A DNA stretch of 64,000 nt from Salpingoeca rosetta (lineage: Eukaryota; Protista; Choanoflagellata), in assembly GCA_033442325.1 (NCBI GenBank), contig JAWQFM010000007.1, positions 7,007 through 71,006 on the forward strand, in the 5' to 3' direction. Positions 1 to 13,152 of the stretch are shown piece by piece. Numbering within the stretch: the first letter of the stretch is position 1; each line of letters starts with the position of its first letter. The notes beneath the pieces are model-generated. The model ran no database searches. It had not been told where the DNA came from and was given only the letters and a program-made list of their open reading frames with translations. Position numbers and translations under genes: made by a program.

Positions 1-991
1 GTTTCTTCTATTTTGAAACACTCCAAAGCGAAGAGAGAGGTCGCTCCGGGGCACAGCAGATTCAAGACCCAAGAAGAAAGAGAAGTTGTATGGAAGGGGG
101 CAGACGCGACTTTTTCGTGCCCGCAAGCAGTCCTGCTTAGCGACATTCGCCTTGCTCTCTTGCTTGCGCTTCTACTCAGCGGCTCTTTGCCTTTGCCTTC
201 TCTTTTCCTTTTTTTGTCTTGCTCATTTGCATCCTTCCCCTCATGTATGCCAATCCATCGAGCGGCAGCTGTTTGAATCGCTGCTTTGTCCTCGTGCACT
301 TTGCCTGCAAGCACCGCAATCTAGATTCAGTGAATCTGCTAGATCTAGATTTGTGACTGGATCTAGCTGGTGCGCACAGCTTCACTGCATCAAGATTTTT
401 CACATTGCTCACACCCCAGATTCCCCTGGCTCGTGACCAACCAATGCTTGCATGCATGCAATTTGCTTCGCTTGCGTACGCTGCACATCAGCTGCAGCTG
501 CACTGGTGCATCGCGACGCAGTGTTCAGACACTACTCATGACAGTATTGGGGGCTTTTTTCATCACATGCTCGCACTTTTTCTGCACCCCCTTTTTGACT
601 TCCCCGCGCCAGTCTCCCTACTCCGGTGATCAACTGAGCAAGCGAGCAAACGTCACTGCACCATGCCATGCGCTGCAGCAACAGGGACAAGACCACGTGG
701 CTGGCTTGCAGGCACACGTGCGCGCGAGCACACTGCACTGTGCGCACTTCTACTTGCCTGCAGGCACGCTTCGCTGAAGCAAGAAGGAGCAAAGCAGAGG
801 AACTGAGGAGTACAACAGCGAGGATGGATTCGTTTCCATGTGATTGCACAAGAGACAAGCAAGCAGGCAGAGAACGACGAGAGGCAGCGCAAGGGACACG
901 TGTGCACGTGTGTATGCATGCGTTTGTGTGTAGATGTTGCCGCCAGGCACGGGAACGTGTTTCTGATTAAAGTGGATTGAATGAGTAGTAA

Positions 992-1400
992 TCCTCTGCT
1001 CACTGCAGACACACTTGCATGCGATTGTGCAGTGCTGCTGTGTTGCTTGCAAGCACTCGTACCTTATTCTTCTTGCATTGGATTCACCGCACAACGATTC
1101 CTCTGCTCACTGCAGACACTTGCATGCGATTGTGCACTGTTGCTGTGTTACTCGCAAGCATTGGTAGCTTCTCCTGCTTGCATTGAATTCACTCCACTAC
1201 CCACAGCTACTCACTCGCAGGCACTCACAACATCTCCTGATTCACTCCACTACATTCGTCTACTCACTCGCAAGCACTCACAACTTTTCCTACGTCCATT
1301 GGATTCACTCTACTATAATCTGTCTACTCACTCCCAAACACTCACAACTTTTCCTGCTTGCATTAGATTCACTCCACCACATCCGCCTACTCGCTGCAGA
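992..1400. repeat. Degenerate minisatellite (two ~107 bp units followed by ~55-65 bp sub-units)
   Basis: cctctgctcactgcagacac...ttgcatgcgattgtgca occurs at ~992 and ~1100. ctactcactc(g/c)ca...cactcacaac...attcactc(c/t)ac recurs at ~1207, ~1260 and ~1324. Confidence 0.75.
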
Positions 1401-4400
1401 CACGCGTGAGTACGTTTGGTTGCTCTGTGCGAGTTGCTTGCAAGTACCCACAACTTCCCTTGCTTCCACCTTGTTCACTTCACAACACGCCTCCACTCAC
1501 TCGTCACTGTGTCACTACATCACCCACCATGCCTGCACACACGTGCAATCGACCCTTTATCAATCCACACCATCACTCACACACCGCTCTGTCACCCTCT
1601 TACCACACTTCACTTCACTCCACTTCACTCGACAGCATCGCCTCGCTTCTTGGATTCACTCTCCAACATCACCTGCGCTTCCTCTCTTGCCTCCAGCAGC
1701 GATATGTTCAGGTGCGTAAGGAGCTCGCTGCAATCGCCTTCTCCTCTTCCCGCTTTACCTTCTCCCTACATGCATGCGTGCTTCTGCTTGCAATCTTCGT
1801 GCTTCTGCTTCCTTTGCTCCACCGCCACGATCACAACACAACACACACACACACATCCGTGCATGTGCCGCTTTGTCCCAGTGTCTCGCCTTCTCCCATT
1901 GTCTCCCTTCTCTCTTCCCTTTGCTTTTCCACATTCCATGTGTTGCATTGTTGCTTTGCACTTGTTGCCACATGCTTCATTCACCCTTGGCTCTCTTTCT
2001 CTTCCATCCACTCACCACCACACAGCACCTCTCCACACAATATCACACATCCTTCACTTCATTTCACACAACACGACACAACCCACTGTGTGCATTCGTG
2101 CTTTCCTTCGTCCCCTTCTGTCACCACCTTGTCACCACAAGCCTGGTTTGTCCATCTCACCTGCGTTCCAGCCCCTCCTGTCCTGTTTCAATTCTTGCCA
2201 CTGCTGCTGTTGTTTCCATGTGCTTGCATACCTTCCCTTGTCCATGTTCACTACTTTGTGCCGCCACTCCTTCCCCTGACTTTCCCTTCCCTTACCCTTT
2301 CCTGCCTCGTTCATGTTTCATGCTGCATGTGTTACAACACATCATAAACCCATCAAGCCCACGCTGCCACCTTCTCCACCATCAGCCCTGTTCACCACCA
2401 CCACCAGTCGCTGCAATCATCACTCGCTTCATCCTTGCCCCCACTTCCTCGTTCACTGCTGCTGCTGCTGTCCTCACCTGCGTGCAACACCCACTCCACA
2501 GCCACACGCCCAGCTCACCACCAATCCAATTCACATCACAACAGCACACACTGTGTTGACTTCACTGCAACCACCAACAACCATCCACACCACCACCAGT
2601 ACCACACGATACACACGGCTGCACATGCGTGTTGCATTGTATGTTTCCACTTCACTTCAGCAACACTGCAGCAAGCACACACACACACAGACAGACACAC
2701 GTGTCAAGAACAAGCGAGAAAGCATCCCATATCAACTGCAAGCAAAACACAACACACAACACACAACAAGCGACAGCTCCATGCTGCGCCACACCGCTTC
2801 ACTCCCCCCATCAACCGCCATCATCACCTTCAGCCAACAGCAGCAGCAGCAGTGTACATGCTGTGGCAAGAGAGAACAGAGAGAGAGAGAGAGAAAGGGA
2901 AAGGGAGGGAGGAAGGCAGAGGGATACAAGGAGAGAGACGTGCACGCTGTCAACAACAACACGACACAACAACACAACACAACACAATGCAACGCCACCC
3001 GCTCACGCTCCCCTCCTTCTCCAACGAGGTGCGTGGTCTATGGCAGCCCCACGTCTTGCTTGCTTGTCCTGTGTCCTTGCTTGCTCGTGTGGCCTTGCTT
3101 GGTTGTGCGTGCCTTGCCATGGGTTCCAACAAACAGCCTGCTCCCCTGCACAAGCGTCCGCATGTGTGTGTGTGTGTGCGCGTGCGTGTGTGGGGATGAC
3201 GAAGAGGGAAGAGGGAAGGGAGTAGAAGAAGAAGAAGAAAGGGAGAGATGGGAGGTGTGTGAGCACAGACGACGGTGATGGGCGCACACGACGTGGTTGT
3301 GGTGAACACACACACACACGCAGACAGACACAGCGAAGCAGCAACGCACAACAGACACAACAAACACAAACAGGGGGAAACAAGAGCAGCAGCAGTGCTG
3401 CAACACACACACATACACACACACACACGCACCGAGGGAAGGACATCAGCCAGCCAGCATCATCCAACACGCCTTGCATCCACTGGTCCATCCATGCACC
3501 AGCAGCGGTGATGGCAGCAGGAGAGGGAGAGGGGGGAGACAGGGAGAGAAGGAAGAGTGTGCCCTGCCTTGCCTGCCTTGGCCGCCTGTGTGGGGATGTG
3601 TGTCTGCACACCCACCCACTGTGTCTGTGTGTGTGCGTGTGTCACCATCCAAACACACACACACACACACATGTGTGTGTGTGTGAGACAGAGGGAAGCA
3701 GGCAGCCACCACACACACACACACAGTGTGAATCACAAGCAGACACAGCATGAACAACATGCACACAGTCACAATCATGTACACATGCAAGTGCAACGCA
3801 CCGTGAGGTGGCATCAGATTGCCTGCCAGCGCGCGCGCGCGTGTGTGTGTTCACACGTGTGTGTGTGGGTCGATGCAGCCCACTCTCTCTCTCTCTCTCT
3901 CTGTGCGTGAGCCAAATGCATCCACAGCAGCAGGGAGTGCGTGTGAGATCACAACACCCACCACAGCCACGTCCCACTCTCTCCCTCCATCAACACACAC
4001 AGCACACAAATCACACGCACCCCCACAGCAGTCAAACCAATTGACAGAACTCGCCCAAACTCACAGTGCCAGCGTGCCATGGGCCTGTGCAGCACATATG
4101 TCAGCCTCACCGACCGTGGGCAACGCCTTGCATGCCTTTGGCCCTGCACACATCCATGGTGTGGGCGCTGCTGTGCGTGTTGTCTGCTTGCACCTGTGCA
4201 CCATCACATCATCACCCACCACACCCCACACAGTCCATGGAACCAAACGAGACCACCCACAACAGGACCGCCAGTGAGTGCCCGTCACAACGCGCACCCT
4301 CTCCCTCCTCTCCACCAACCCTGCGCCAGCCACGCACACGAACAATGCAAGCCACCACCTCCACTCAAACACACACACGCACACGCACCTTGATTCTCGT

Positions 4401-6896
4401 TTCGCCTGCTGCTTGTTGCTTGGTCTTGTTGGTTCGTGTTTGGGCGATTGGTGGAAGATGCCACAAATAATCGCCCACTGCTGCGTTTGTGCAGCAACTG
4501 CTGCGTTTGCTTGTTGAAGGGCGCACTTGCTTGCTTGCTTGGTTGGTTGTATTCAATGAGACAAGAAGGAGGAGGAGGAGAAGGAGAAAGGAGGAACAGC
4601 ACTGTAGAGTGTGTGAATGCTACGCAGGCTCACAGGCCTTGCAGGCTGGGAAGGGAAGGGGAGAAGAAAGGGGGGATGGAAAAGAAGAAGAAACAGTACA
4701 GACACAACACACATACACACACACACACACACACCCTCCTCCCTCCCCCTCCTTCTCACAGTCACAACAGACAACCAACAGCCACAAAGGGATGGAAGAG
4801 AAAACAAACAAGGGGAGGGGGCAACAGCCGCCCAGCCAAATTGCCATGGAAGAAAGAGGCGAGGCGATGGAGGGGGGGGGGGAGAAGGAGAACACCGTCA
4901 ATCAACACACACGCACACACATCTGTTGGGAGCCCCACGTCTTGTGTCCTTGCTTTCCCTCCTTCCTCTTCCTTTCCTTGGCCTGGGTGGAGTTGGGTTG
5001 GTTGAGGTGGCACAGCTCGCCATGGCGTGTCATGCCTGGATGCGTGGGCATGGGTGTTGGATGTGGATGGGTTCCTCTCTGTGTGTGGGTGAAAAGGGGG
5101 TGGTGGGAAACGGTGGAAGGGGCGGCAGTAGCAGAGAGGAAGGAGAAGAAGCAAGGGAAGGGCGGTGGATGTGAGCATGTCATGCGTGAGTCGACGACAA
5201 CGACACATGGGCGTGCAATGGTGATGATGTGTGCTTGGTGTTGTGCGTTGTATGTGATGGCACAAGCACATAAAGGTCAACCCCAATCACACACACAATC
5301 ACACACTTTGTCGTCGATCAACGCATCTGCTTGACATATGCGCACACACACGCACATCTGCAGTCACACACAGTGTCACACATGGCATTGCAGAGTGAGA
5401 CAGCGCACCACGCACACCCATACACAGCAATGCAAAACACAACCGTCACAACGACAACATATCTCTCCCCTCATCTCCATCCCCCAATGCACGGTCACAT
5501 GACCAGGTACACAGCCGTGGTGGTGATGATGGCCATGATGAATGCCTTCCTCCCCACTTCCCCTCAACCCCCTTCCACCAAAAACACGCACACCATTGCG
5601 TGCCCTCACCTCGTGCATCGTGTTGCAGTCGGCGTGGTTGATGGCGATGCACACATGCACACACACACGCACACACGCACATCGCTGTGTGTCCTCGGTT
5701 GAGATGAGCAACGGAGAGGGAGAGAAATGGGCGACACGACACGATGGCCAGTCAAACCCAACTAATCCAATCCAGCATCCACTGCCGTGTGTTGCCTGCT
5801 GCAGTCATCATCACAACCACACAATCACACACAGGTGCAAGCAAAAGGAATGAGCCACTGATATGTGTGTCACTGTCATGTGATACCACCACCACACCAT
5901 TCACGTGCATGTGCACACACACCGCTATCCCCCAACCAACATCATCGCCCTCCTATCACTTCCCTTCCCTCTCCCTCCTTTCGCTCTGCACTCCCACGTC
6001 GCACCACCACCATCACCGTGTTACTTCCATCCTTCCCCTGCTTCCACCACTCAACACAACCCAACCAACCAAGCAACCAACCGCCAACGATCATCCTCAC
6101 CTGTGCTCGATGCAGCCAGCCAGCCAGCCGGCCGATGTGTCATAGCGAAGCCCAAGCAAAATGGAAGCGCAATCACATGCCACGACCACCATCGTCATCG
6201 CTGATGGAGCAGAAAGAGGAGATGACAGGGGAAGAGTGGTGGGCACGGGCCGTGTCCTTCCTTGTCTTCATCAGTGCAGCCCCAAACACCGTGCACAGCG
6301 CACACGCACACGCACGGCCATCATCACAGCAGCCACCAGCAGCAGCGAGCCAGCCTGCCCTGCGTGCCTGTGAGGCAAGAAGAAACCAACCAGAGACGAA
6401 CAACAATGACCGGTGATGGTAAGGACAGGAAAGGAGGGGACAAGGGACCACGCATGGGAATATGCAGCATGATGTGGGCGGGGTGCATCACCTACACACA
6501 AGAACAACAAACCAAGCACCCAACAAGCAGGCAAGCAGGCACACCACATCCACCACATCCGCCACTGCTGAAATACCTGTGTTGGACGCTGTCTCAATCA
6601 CGCCTCAACAGCTGCACATCACATGGGGAAGGCTGATGATGATGACACAGAGCAAAGGCGATTGGTTGGAAAAAGAAGAAGGGGATTCGGTTGGGGAAAC
6701 CCCGCACACCTCCGCCTGCAGCCACGCACACACGCACACGCACATTTGAGTTGTGTGATGGATTCATGTGCGACACACGTCAGTGCAACCACCCCACAAT
6801 CAATGACTGCTCTGGTGTGTTGGCATGCATGCGTACATGCTTGCGTGCGTGTGTGCGTGCGTGTGTGAATGTGTTTGCCACCAGTCCACCCTTCAC

Positions 6897-6945
<49 letters not shown>

Positions 6946-8642
6946 CCCCAACGTCTCACCTCGTGCCTTCTTTTCTCGCACAGCTGTGTGTGCGTGTATC
7001 GCCCTGGTCGTGTCATGAGGGGTTGGGAAGAGAACGGCCATCGTCCTGTGCAAATCACACACATGAACACATGCGCAAGCACAAACAACAAATCAGCAAG
7101 AATGACACGACGCAGTGAGCCAGCATGGCAGAAACAAACCACATCCACCTCCTTTGTTACATTCACATCACCCACATCACCACCCGTGCACGCACATGTC
7201 ACATGTCCACAAACACAGCCGCCACCACCACCGCCACTACAAGCATCACATATGCACATGCAAGTGCGTGCGCCGTCCACATCCACCACAAACCACTCAC
7301 CACCATCATCATCGTCGTCATGTGAGGCAACAGCACATCGACGCACATCACCCCCTGTACGTGTGCGTGTGGAGAAAGAGGTGAGTTGTCACAGAATCAG
7401 GTTAGCAACGACAACCACATCCATTGCCACCACCAACAGACCCAACGACATCCAACCAGCACATCACAATCACACACATACGACATGCTGGTGTTCACAC
7501 CCAACACATCACACACCGCCCACATCACACACCACCGCCCCCCCCCCATTCATCTCACATCCACATTCATGGTCGCAGCCGCTGCTGTCGGTGACCAATG
7601 ACGACGACGAGGAGCAGGTGGAGATGGACGATAGACAGAGGGCCAGTTCATCCAAATTGCAGCCACGCATCAGCAGTTGCTGTTGCTGTTGCTGCTGGTG
7701 GAAACGGTGAAAACAAATGGCCCCTTGCCACGCCGTGTCCTTTGCTCGCTCGCTCGGCTGCTTGGTCGGTCGGTTGGATGGAGGCGGATGCATGACCCTG
7801 TGTCCAAATCAATCAAAAAAAAGGGGGAACAAAAGACACATGAGTGGACAGAGCGGACAAGGAAAGTGGGAGGCGAAGAAGGGAACACAACATGTCAACC
7901 AACACACACACACACACATCTCAGTCGCCCTCTCACCTTCATCACTCGTCATCGTCATCGTCGTTGGTTCCACCGCTTCATGCGCCTCCTCAACGCTGTG
8001 ATTCGTGTGTGCACAGACACAAGAAGGAAGAGAATGGAGGGGTGAGGTTGACAGCGAAGCATCATCAGCCACACGCCAGCATCATCAACCACACGCATTG
8101 ACACAACCACACGCGCGCATGTTGTCCCCACCACCACCATGCACACACACGCACATTGCTCACCTCATCATGAGAGCGACTGACATGTGCAATGTCTGCC
8201 TCACGCCAGATCAGGGCTGGTGTCACCTGGGTGTGATGGCGGCTGTGCGGTCGATGGTGACAGCTGAGCTGAGGTAGAAGAGAAGAGAAATGGGCAAGGG
8301 TTGATGATGATGGGTCGTTCATGGCGGCGGCTTTCCCTTCCTCTGATGTGGCCCTGGTGCGCATGCAACCAACATCCCACACAAGGCACAGGTATGGCAT
8401 GTCAGCACAGCAGACGCGTTCACCTTCCTGACCCTCCTCTGCTTTTCACCTTCCTGCCCCCTCCTCTGCTTTCCCCCTCCGCACTGCATGACACACACAC
8501 ACCTGCGCAATGACTGCGTCGCTGTGGTTGGATGTGCCCACCATGACCATGGACGTGTGTGTCCACAGCTGCTCCTCCCAACCCATCATGTGTGCACCCG
8601 CCCATCATCCTCCAACGGTCCTCAGGCAGTCGCCCCCCCCCC

Positions 8643-8699
<57 letters not shown>

Positions 8700-10077
8700 G
8701 CATGTGAGCTGCACAGCTACACTGGTGCACGAGACACAGCAGCAGCAACAGTAAACACCCACAGCAGCAACAGCAGCAACACATGTACCATACGCCAACC
8801 AAAGTATCCATGATGGGCTTACCTTGCTCACGCATGGGAACACTGCATGAGCACAGCAGCGGCCGCCGAATTGGGGGAGTTGCAGCAGCAGCCGGCATGC
8901 GAGCCCGCTTCCATCATTGCCATCATGATGTGTGCTGGTACCTCACCACCTGTGCATGTGTGTGTGTGTGTGTGTGGTTGCAGGCAACGTGGATGGGAAC
9001 AGAACACAACAGGCACAGAGCAAGCCATCACGTCAGCACAGCAGAAAGTGTGATTGACATCACACACACCACGTGTGCGCGTGCGTGTGTCGGTGTGTGT
9101 TTGTGTGTGACCATCATCTCCATCAACCCTCACTCATCACCACCCACATACCATGTGCGAGGCGAGTGCAGCTGGCACGCGTGGCAAGTATCCTCGACAT
9201 TTCCCTCATCCTGCTGCCTGTAAGTGTGCATCGCCTGTAAGTGTGTTTGTGTGCGAGCACCAGCATGGTGAGCGAGTGGGAGGGAAAGAGGGAGCATGGA
9301 TATGTGCGCAGCTACACTGCTACTGCCACTGCTGATGTTGTGCATGCATGTGTGTGTGAAGAAGAAAGGGAAGAGGGAGACAACAGAAAAACAGAAGGGA
9401 GGGAACAAGGCATGCTGCACCCCATCCATTCATCCATCCCTCTTCCTCACCACCACCACACACCACCATCCAATGTCACCAGCCAGCCAGCCACATCACA
9501 CCACACTCACCCAGCATCCCACCCTACCTCATCCCATGCAGCCATCCAGCCAACACACATCTCCTCCCTTTCCCTCTCTTCTCGCCCTCACCTCTGCTGC
9601 TGCTGCTGCCGAAAATGCAACTTGTGCTGTCGCCACCTGTTCCCCAGCAGCAAACAGCCAGCTCCCGCCTGCAGCAGCGGGCGATGGGTTGGTTGGTTGG
9701 CTGGTTGGGGGATGTGTTTAGCTGCAAGTGGTGGTGGTGGTGCATTCTCTGCTGCTGCTGCATCGACGGTGGAGGGTGTGTTGGCTGGTGCTGCTGTTGT
9801 TGTTGTGATGGCCGCCAGGAAGGGCGAGGAAGAGAGGGAAAGGTGAGCAGCGGCTGCAAGGTGGAGAATGTGCAGGTGTGCAAGCAGTTGTGCGTGAGAA
9901 CGACGAGTGAGACAGCACCATGCAAAGCAAAACAGGCAGCCGCACGACACACATGCATGCACATTGATGTGGGACAACAAGGGGAAACAGGAGCAGCAAA
10001 GACAGCGACCACAAAACACGCACACTGGTGCGGTGCGCAGCACACACACGCACATTCACATGCAGTGACGCACTCAC

Positions 10078-10388
10078 GTTGCTCATCGCTCGCTTGTTTG
10101 TGGTGTGAGTTGGTGCTGCTGTTTCCACAGCCGCATACAGCGTGGCTGGATGGTCATCACATGGCAGGGCTCGTCTGTTCATCCCACCACAGCAGGGGTG
10201 GTTAGGGGTGACAGCTGCTGGCTCAAGGGCCCTCTGTGTGGCGACAGCAGAAAGAAGGAAGGGGAAACAAGGGATGAGGGTGGTGATAGTCGTGTTGAGG
10301 AGGGAGAGGGAAGGAGACACAAGAACATGAGAGGTGGTGATGGCGTGTGGGTGGATGGATGGAGAAGAGAACACGCACGTCGCACGTC

Positions 10389-10429
<41 letters not shown>

Positions 10430-10744
10430 GCCACGCGTTGTCGCCGCTGAACAGGTTGATCCTGGCAGACTCCAGTGCTGACAGTAGCAAAGAGGACAGA
10501 CGAGACACAAGAGTTGGCAGGTGGTGAGGGTGGTTGAACGGACACGAGAACAAGTGAGCAACGCACACACCACACCACAAACGTCCCCACACTCACCCGA
10601 CAACTCCTTGTCCCAATGACTCGCTCCCTCACCTGTGTGCACTTGGGTGGAGAGGGACTTGAAGAACTCCTCAAACACAAACGCAACGCGTCTATGCATC
10701 ATCTCCACCACCTCATCAGGGATCGACCGCAGGATTATCGGAAG
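10078..10744 (-). pseudogene. Exostosin (EXT1/EXT2-like, end of GT47 domain) gene fragment, 5'-truncated
   Basis: Three frame-compatible GT-AG exons (10744-10633, 10477-10428, 10233-10078) splice to LPIILRSIPDEVVEMMHRRVAFVFEEFFKSLSTQVHTALESARINLFSGDNAWQRALEP. This resembles the EXT1 segment [40 protein letters not shown]. No upstream exons were found and no GT64 domain was recognisable downstream. Confidence 0.65.
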
Positions 10745-10754
10745 CTGAACACAG

Positions 10755-10834
<80 letters not shown>

Positions 10835-10923
10835 GTGTGTGTGTGTGTGTGCGCTGCACATTGATGTATGCGACCAGCATTCACACTCCCCCCCCCCAAA
10901 CTCACACACACACTTTTGTCCAG

Positions 10924-11664
10924 CCTTCCTTCGACTGCAACGAGCCGTGCACGGGCGCGTCCACCGAGATGTGCGGAGCAGCCAATCGCATGAACATCAT
11001 CCGGGCAAACTGTTCCGGCAAACCCGTTCCCACAGGTAATCCCAACACACACACACACACACAACACACAACAATCGCACACACACAACAATCGCACACA
11101 CACAACAATCGCACACACACAACAATCGCACACACACTCTCTCACAGCTCACACGTGACTGCTGTTGCATTTTGCCTCGTCAGGCCATGCGTGCCTGTCT
11201 GCGGCGACGAGGGAGTTGCCGTTGTGCAACACGAGTCTATCCATCGGTGCCCGCCTCGACGACCTCATTGGACGCCTCAGCCTTCAGGAGAAGGCCGGTC
11301 TCATTGGCCCCGATCCCGTCACCAGTCCATGCGCCTTCCTCGACTATGGCGTCAAGAGGTGGGAAAGGACATGCAGCGCCAACGCAGTGACTCGTGGCTC
11401 TGTCTTGTTGTGTTTCCTCATCCTCCGTGCTTCTTCGTGCCACAACGGCATCAACCGCCACCACCACTGCTCACACAGCAACACTACCTCCCTCTTCATG
11501 CTCACATGTGTGTGTGTGTGCATGGATGCAGGCTTGACATCCCGCCGTATCTGCATCTGGTGGAGACGAACACGGCCGTTGCCTCTGGGTGCATCAGACA
11601 GCCAGGACAAGTGTGCCACCACCTTCATTGGCCCCACAGGTCTTGGCCCAGCCTTCAACCGAGG

Positions 11665-11732
<68 letters not shown>

Positions 11733-12377
11733 CTGCGTCTGCTATGTCGTCTTCTCCTTGATCAAAGCTCCTGTCATTCATTCCCTCCCTCCTCGTCCCC
11801 CACCCACCGGTTCTTCGCTTCCTGGTCACATCCACGGAGATGCGCGCCTTCAACAATCTCAACTGGCACAGAGGTGGCGGTGTCTTGCAGAAGATGGGAC
11901 TCACAGGTGCCCCCTTCATCACGTGTTGCTGATGCTGGTGCACATATCACACACATGCGATCACTCTACAACAGTCACACGCATTCCACCAACCCCTTCA
12001 CACACACACACACACTCCCTTTGCAGGCCCATCCCCCCTGACATTCACTGCACCCCTCTCAACCTCTGAGACCCCTTCTTGAGCGGCGAGTACGCTGCTG
12101 CATACGCGACGGGCTGCCAGGACGGCCCAGACAAGAAGTACAAGAAAATGGCAGCAGGTACGAACACGCATCCACACTCACACATGTGTGTACGCAATTG
12201 CCCACAACCGTGTCAGCGACGCTGTTTCATTTGCACACTTGGTGGGGATCGTGTCATTTACACTGCTGTCACCGCACCATCGCGTTTAGGGGTCCCAAGC
12301 ACTTTGACGCGTACTCGGTCGAGACAACGGCATGGCATTCAACGGGAACATCTCCACCTTTGACCTCTGGGACACCG

Positions 12378-12460
<83 letters not shown>

Positions 12461-12947
12461 GGCTCGTGTACTTCCCATCAACATTTCTTGTCAGTTCATC
12501 CACGCCACCAGACCTGTGCCATCTTCCTCACCTCCCACCTCCTCATCTTCATCCCGCTCCCCTCTGCCATGTGTCTCATGTGCAGTACAAGCACGGGCAC
12601 TCGCTGCCATGTGCTCGTACGCCAGCATCAACGGCGTGCCCTCTCCGTGCGCAAACGACATGCTGTTCAACGACGTCGTGCGCAGGCAGTGGAAGCGTGA
12701 CATGGTGACGATTGGAACTGACTGCGGTGCGATTTTCAAACATGGTTGTCGCGAACAAGCACGCCCGCAACCCCGTCGACGCTGTCGCGAAGGCGCTGAA
12801 CCGCGGCGCGGACATGAAGCTCGGGGAGACATACTGCACCACAAACAGCCACTTGGAACAGGATGTGCAGCAAGACCGCACAACAATCGACACGGTGCAC
12901 AACGCCGTGCGGCGGGTCCTCAAAGATAGCTTCATCGCAGGCCAATG
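10924..12947 (+). pseudogene. WSC-domain + glycoside hydrolase family 3 (beta-xylosidase-like) pseudogene fragment
   Basis: Exons encode a WSC C-terminal half (CNEPCTGASTEMCGAANRMNII) and GH3 motifs CNTSLSIGARLDDLIGRLSLQEK, ATTFIGPTGLGPAFNR, DPFLSGEYA, KHFDAYSVE, MCSYASINGVP and IGTDCGAI (nucleophile Asp). Frameshifts lie at ~11600, ~12328 and ~12735. The GH3 C-terminal domain is absent. Confidence 0.85.
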
Positions 12948-13152
12948 GTATGTTGACTTATGCTGGCTGTGTGTGTGTGCGTGTGTGTGTCTGTGTGTCT
13001 GTGTGTCTTTGTGTTTGTGTGCTTGTCCTCAATGTCTCTTGTCAGTGTTGTGACCTTGAAGATGATGAAGCAGTGTTTGTTTCCTCAACACCTCACAACA
13101 GTGTTTGCCTCTCACCCCATCCTCCCCTCCATCCCACACCCTCCCTCTCCAG

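Noticed and set aside
3040-4956. Short shared motif agccccacgtcttg...tgtgtccttgctt at ~3046 and ~4931
   Set aside because: Too short and isolated to define LTRs or element ends, and no internal coding remnant was recognised.
11590-12740. Programmed frameshifting in the GH3 gene
   Set aside because: There are three separate shifts with no slippery heptamers, and the gene is truncated at both ends.
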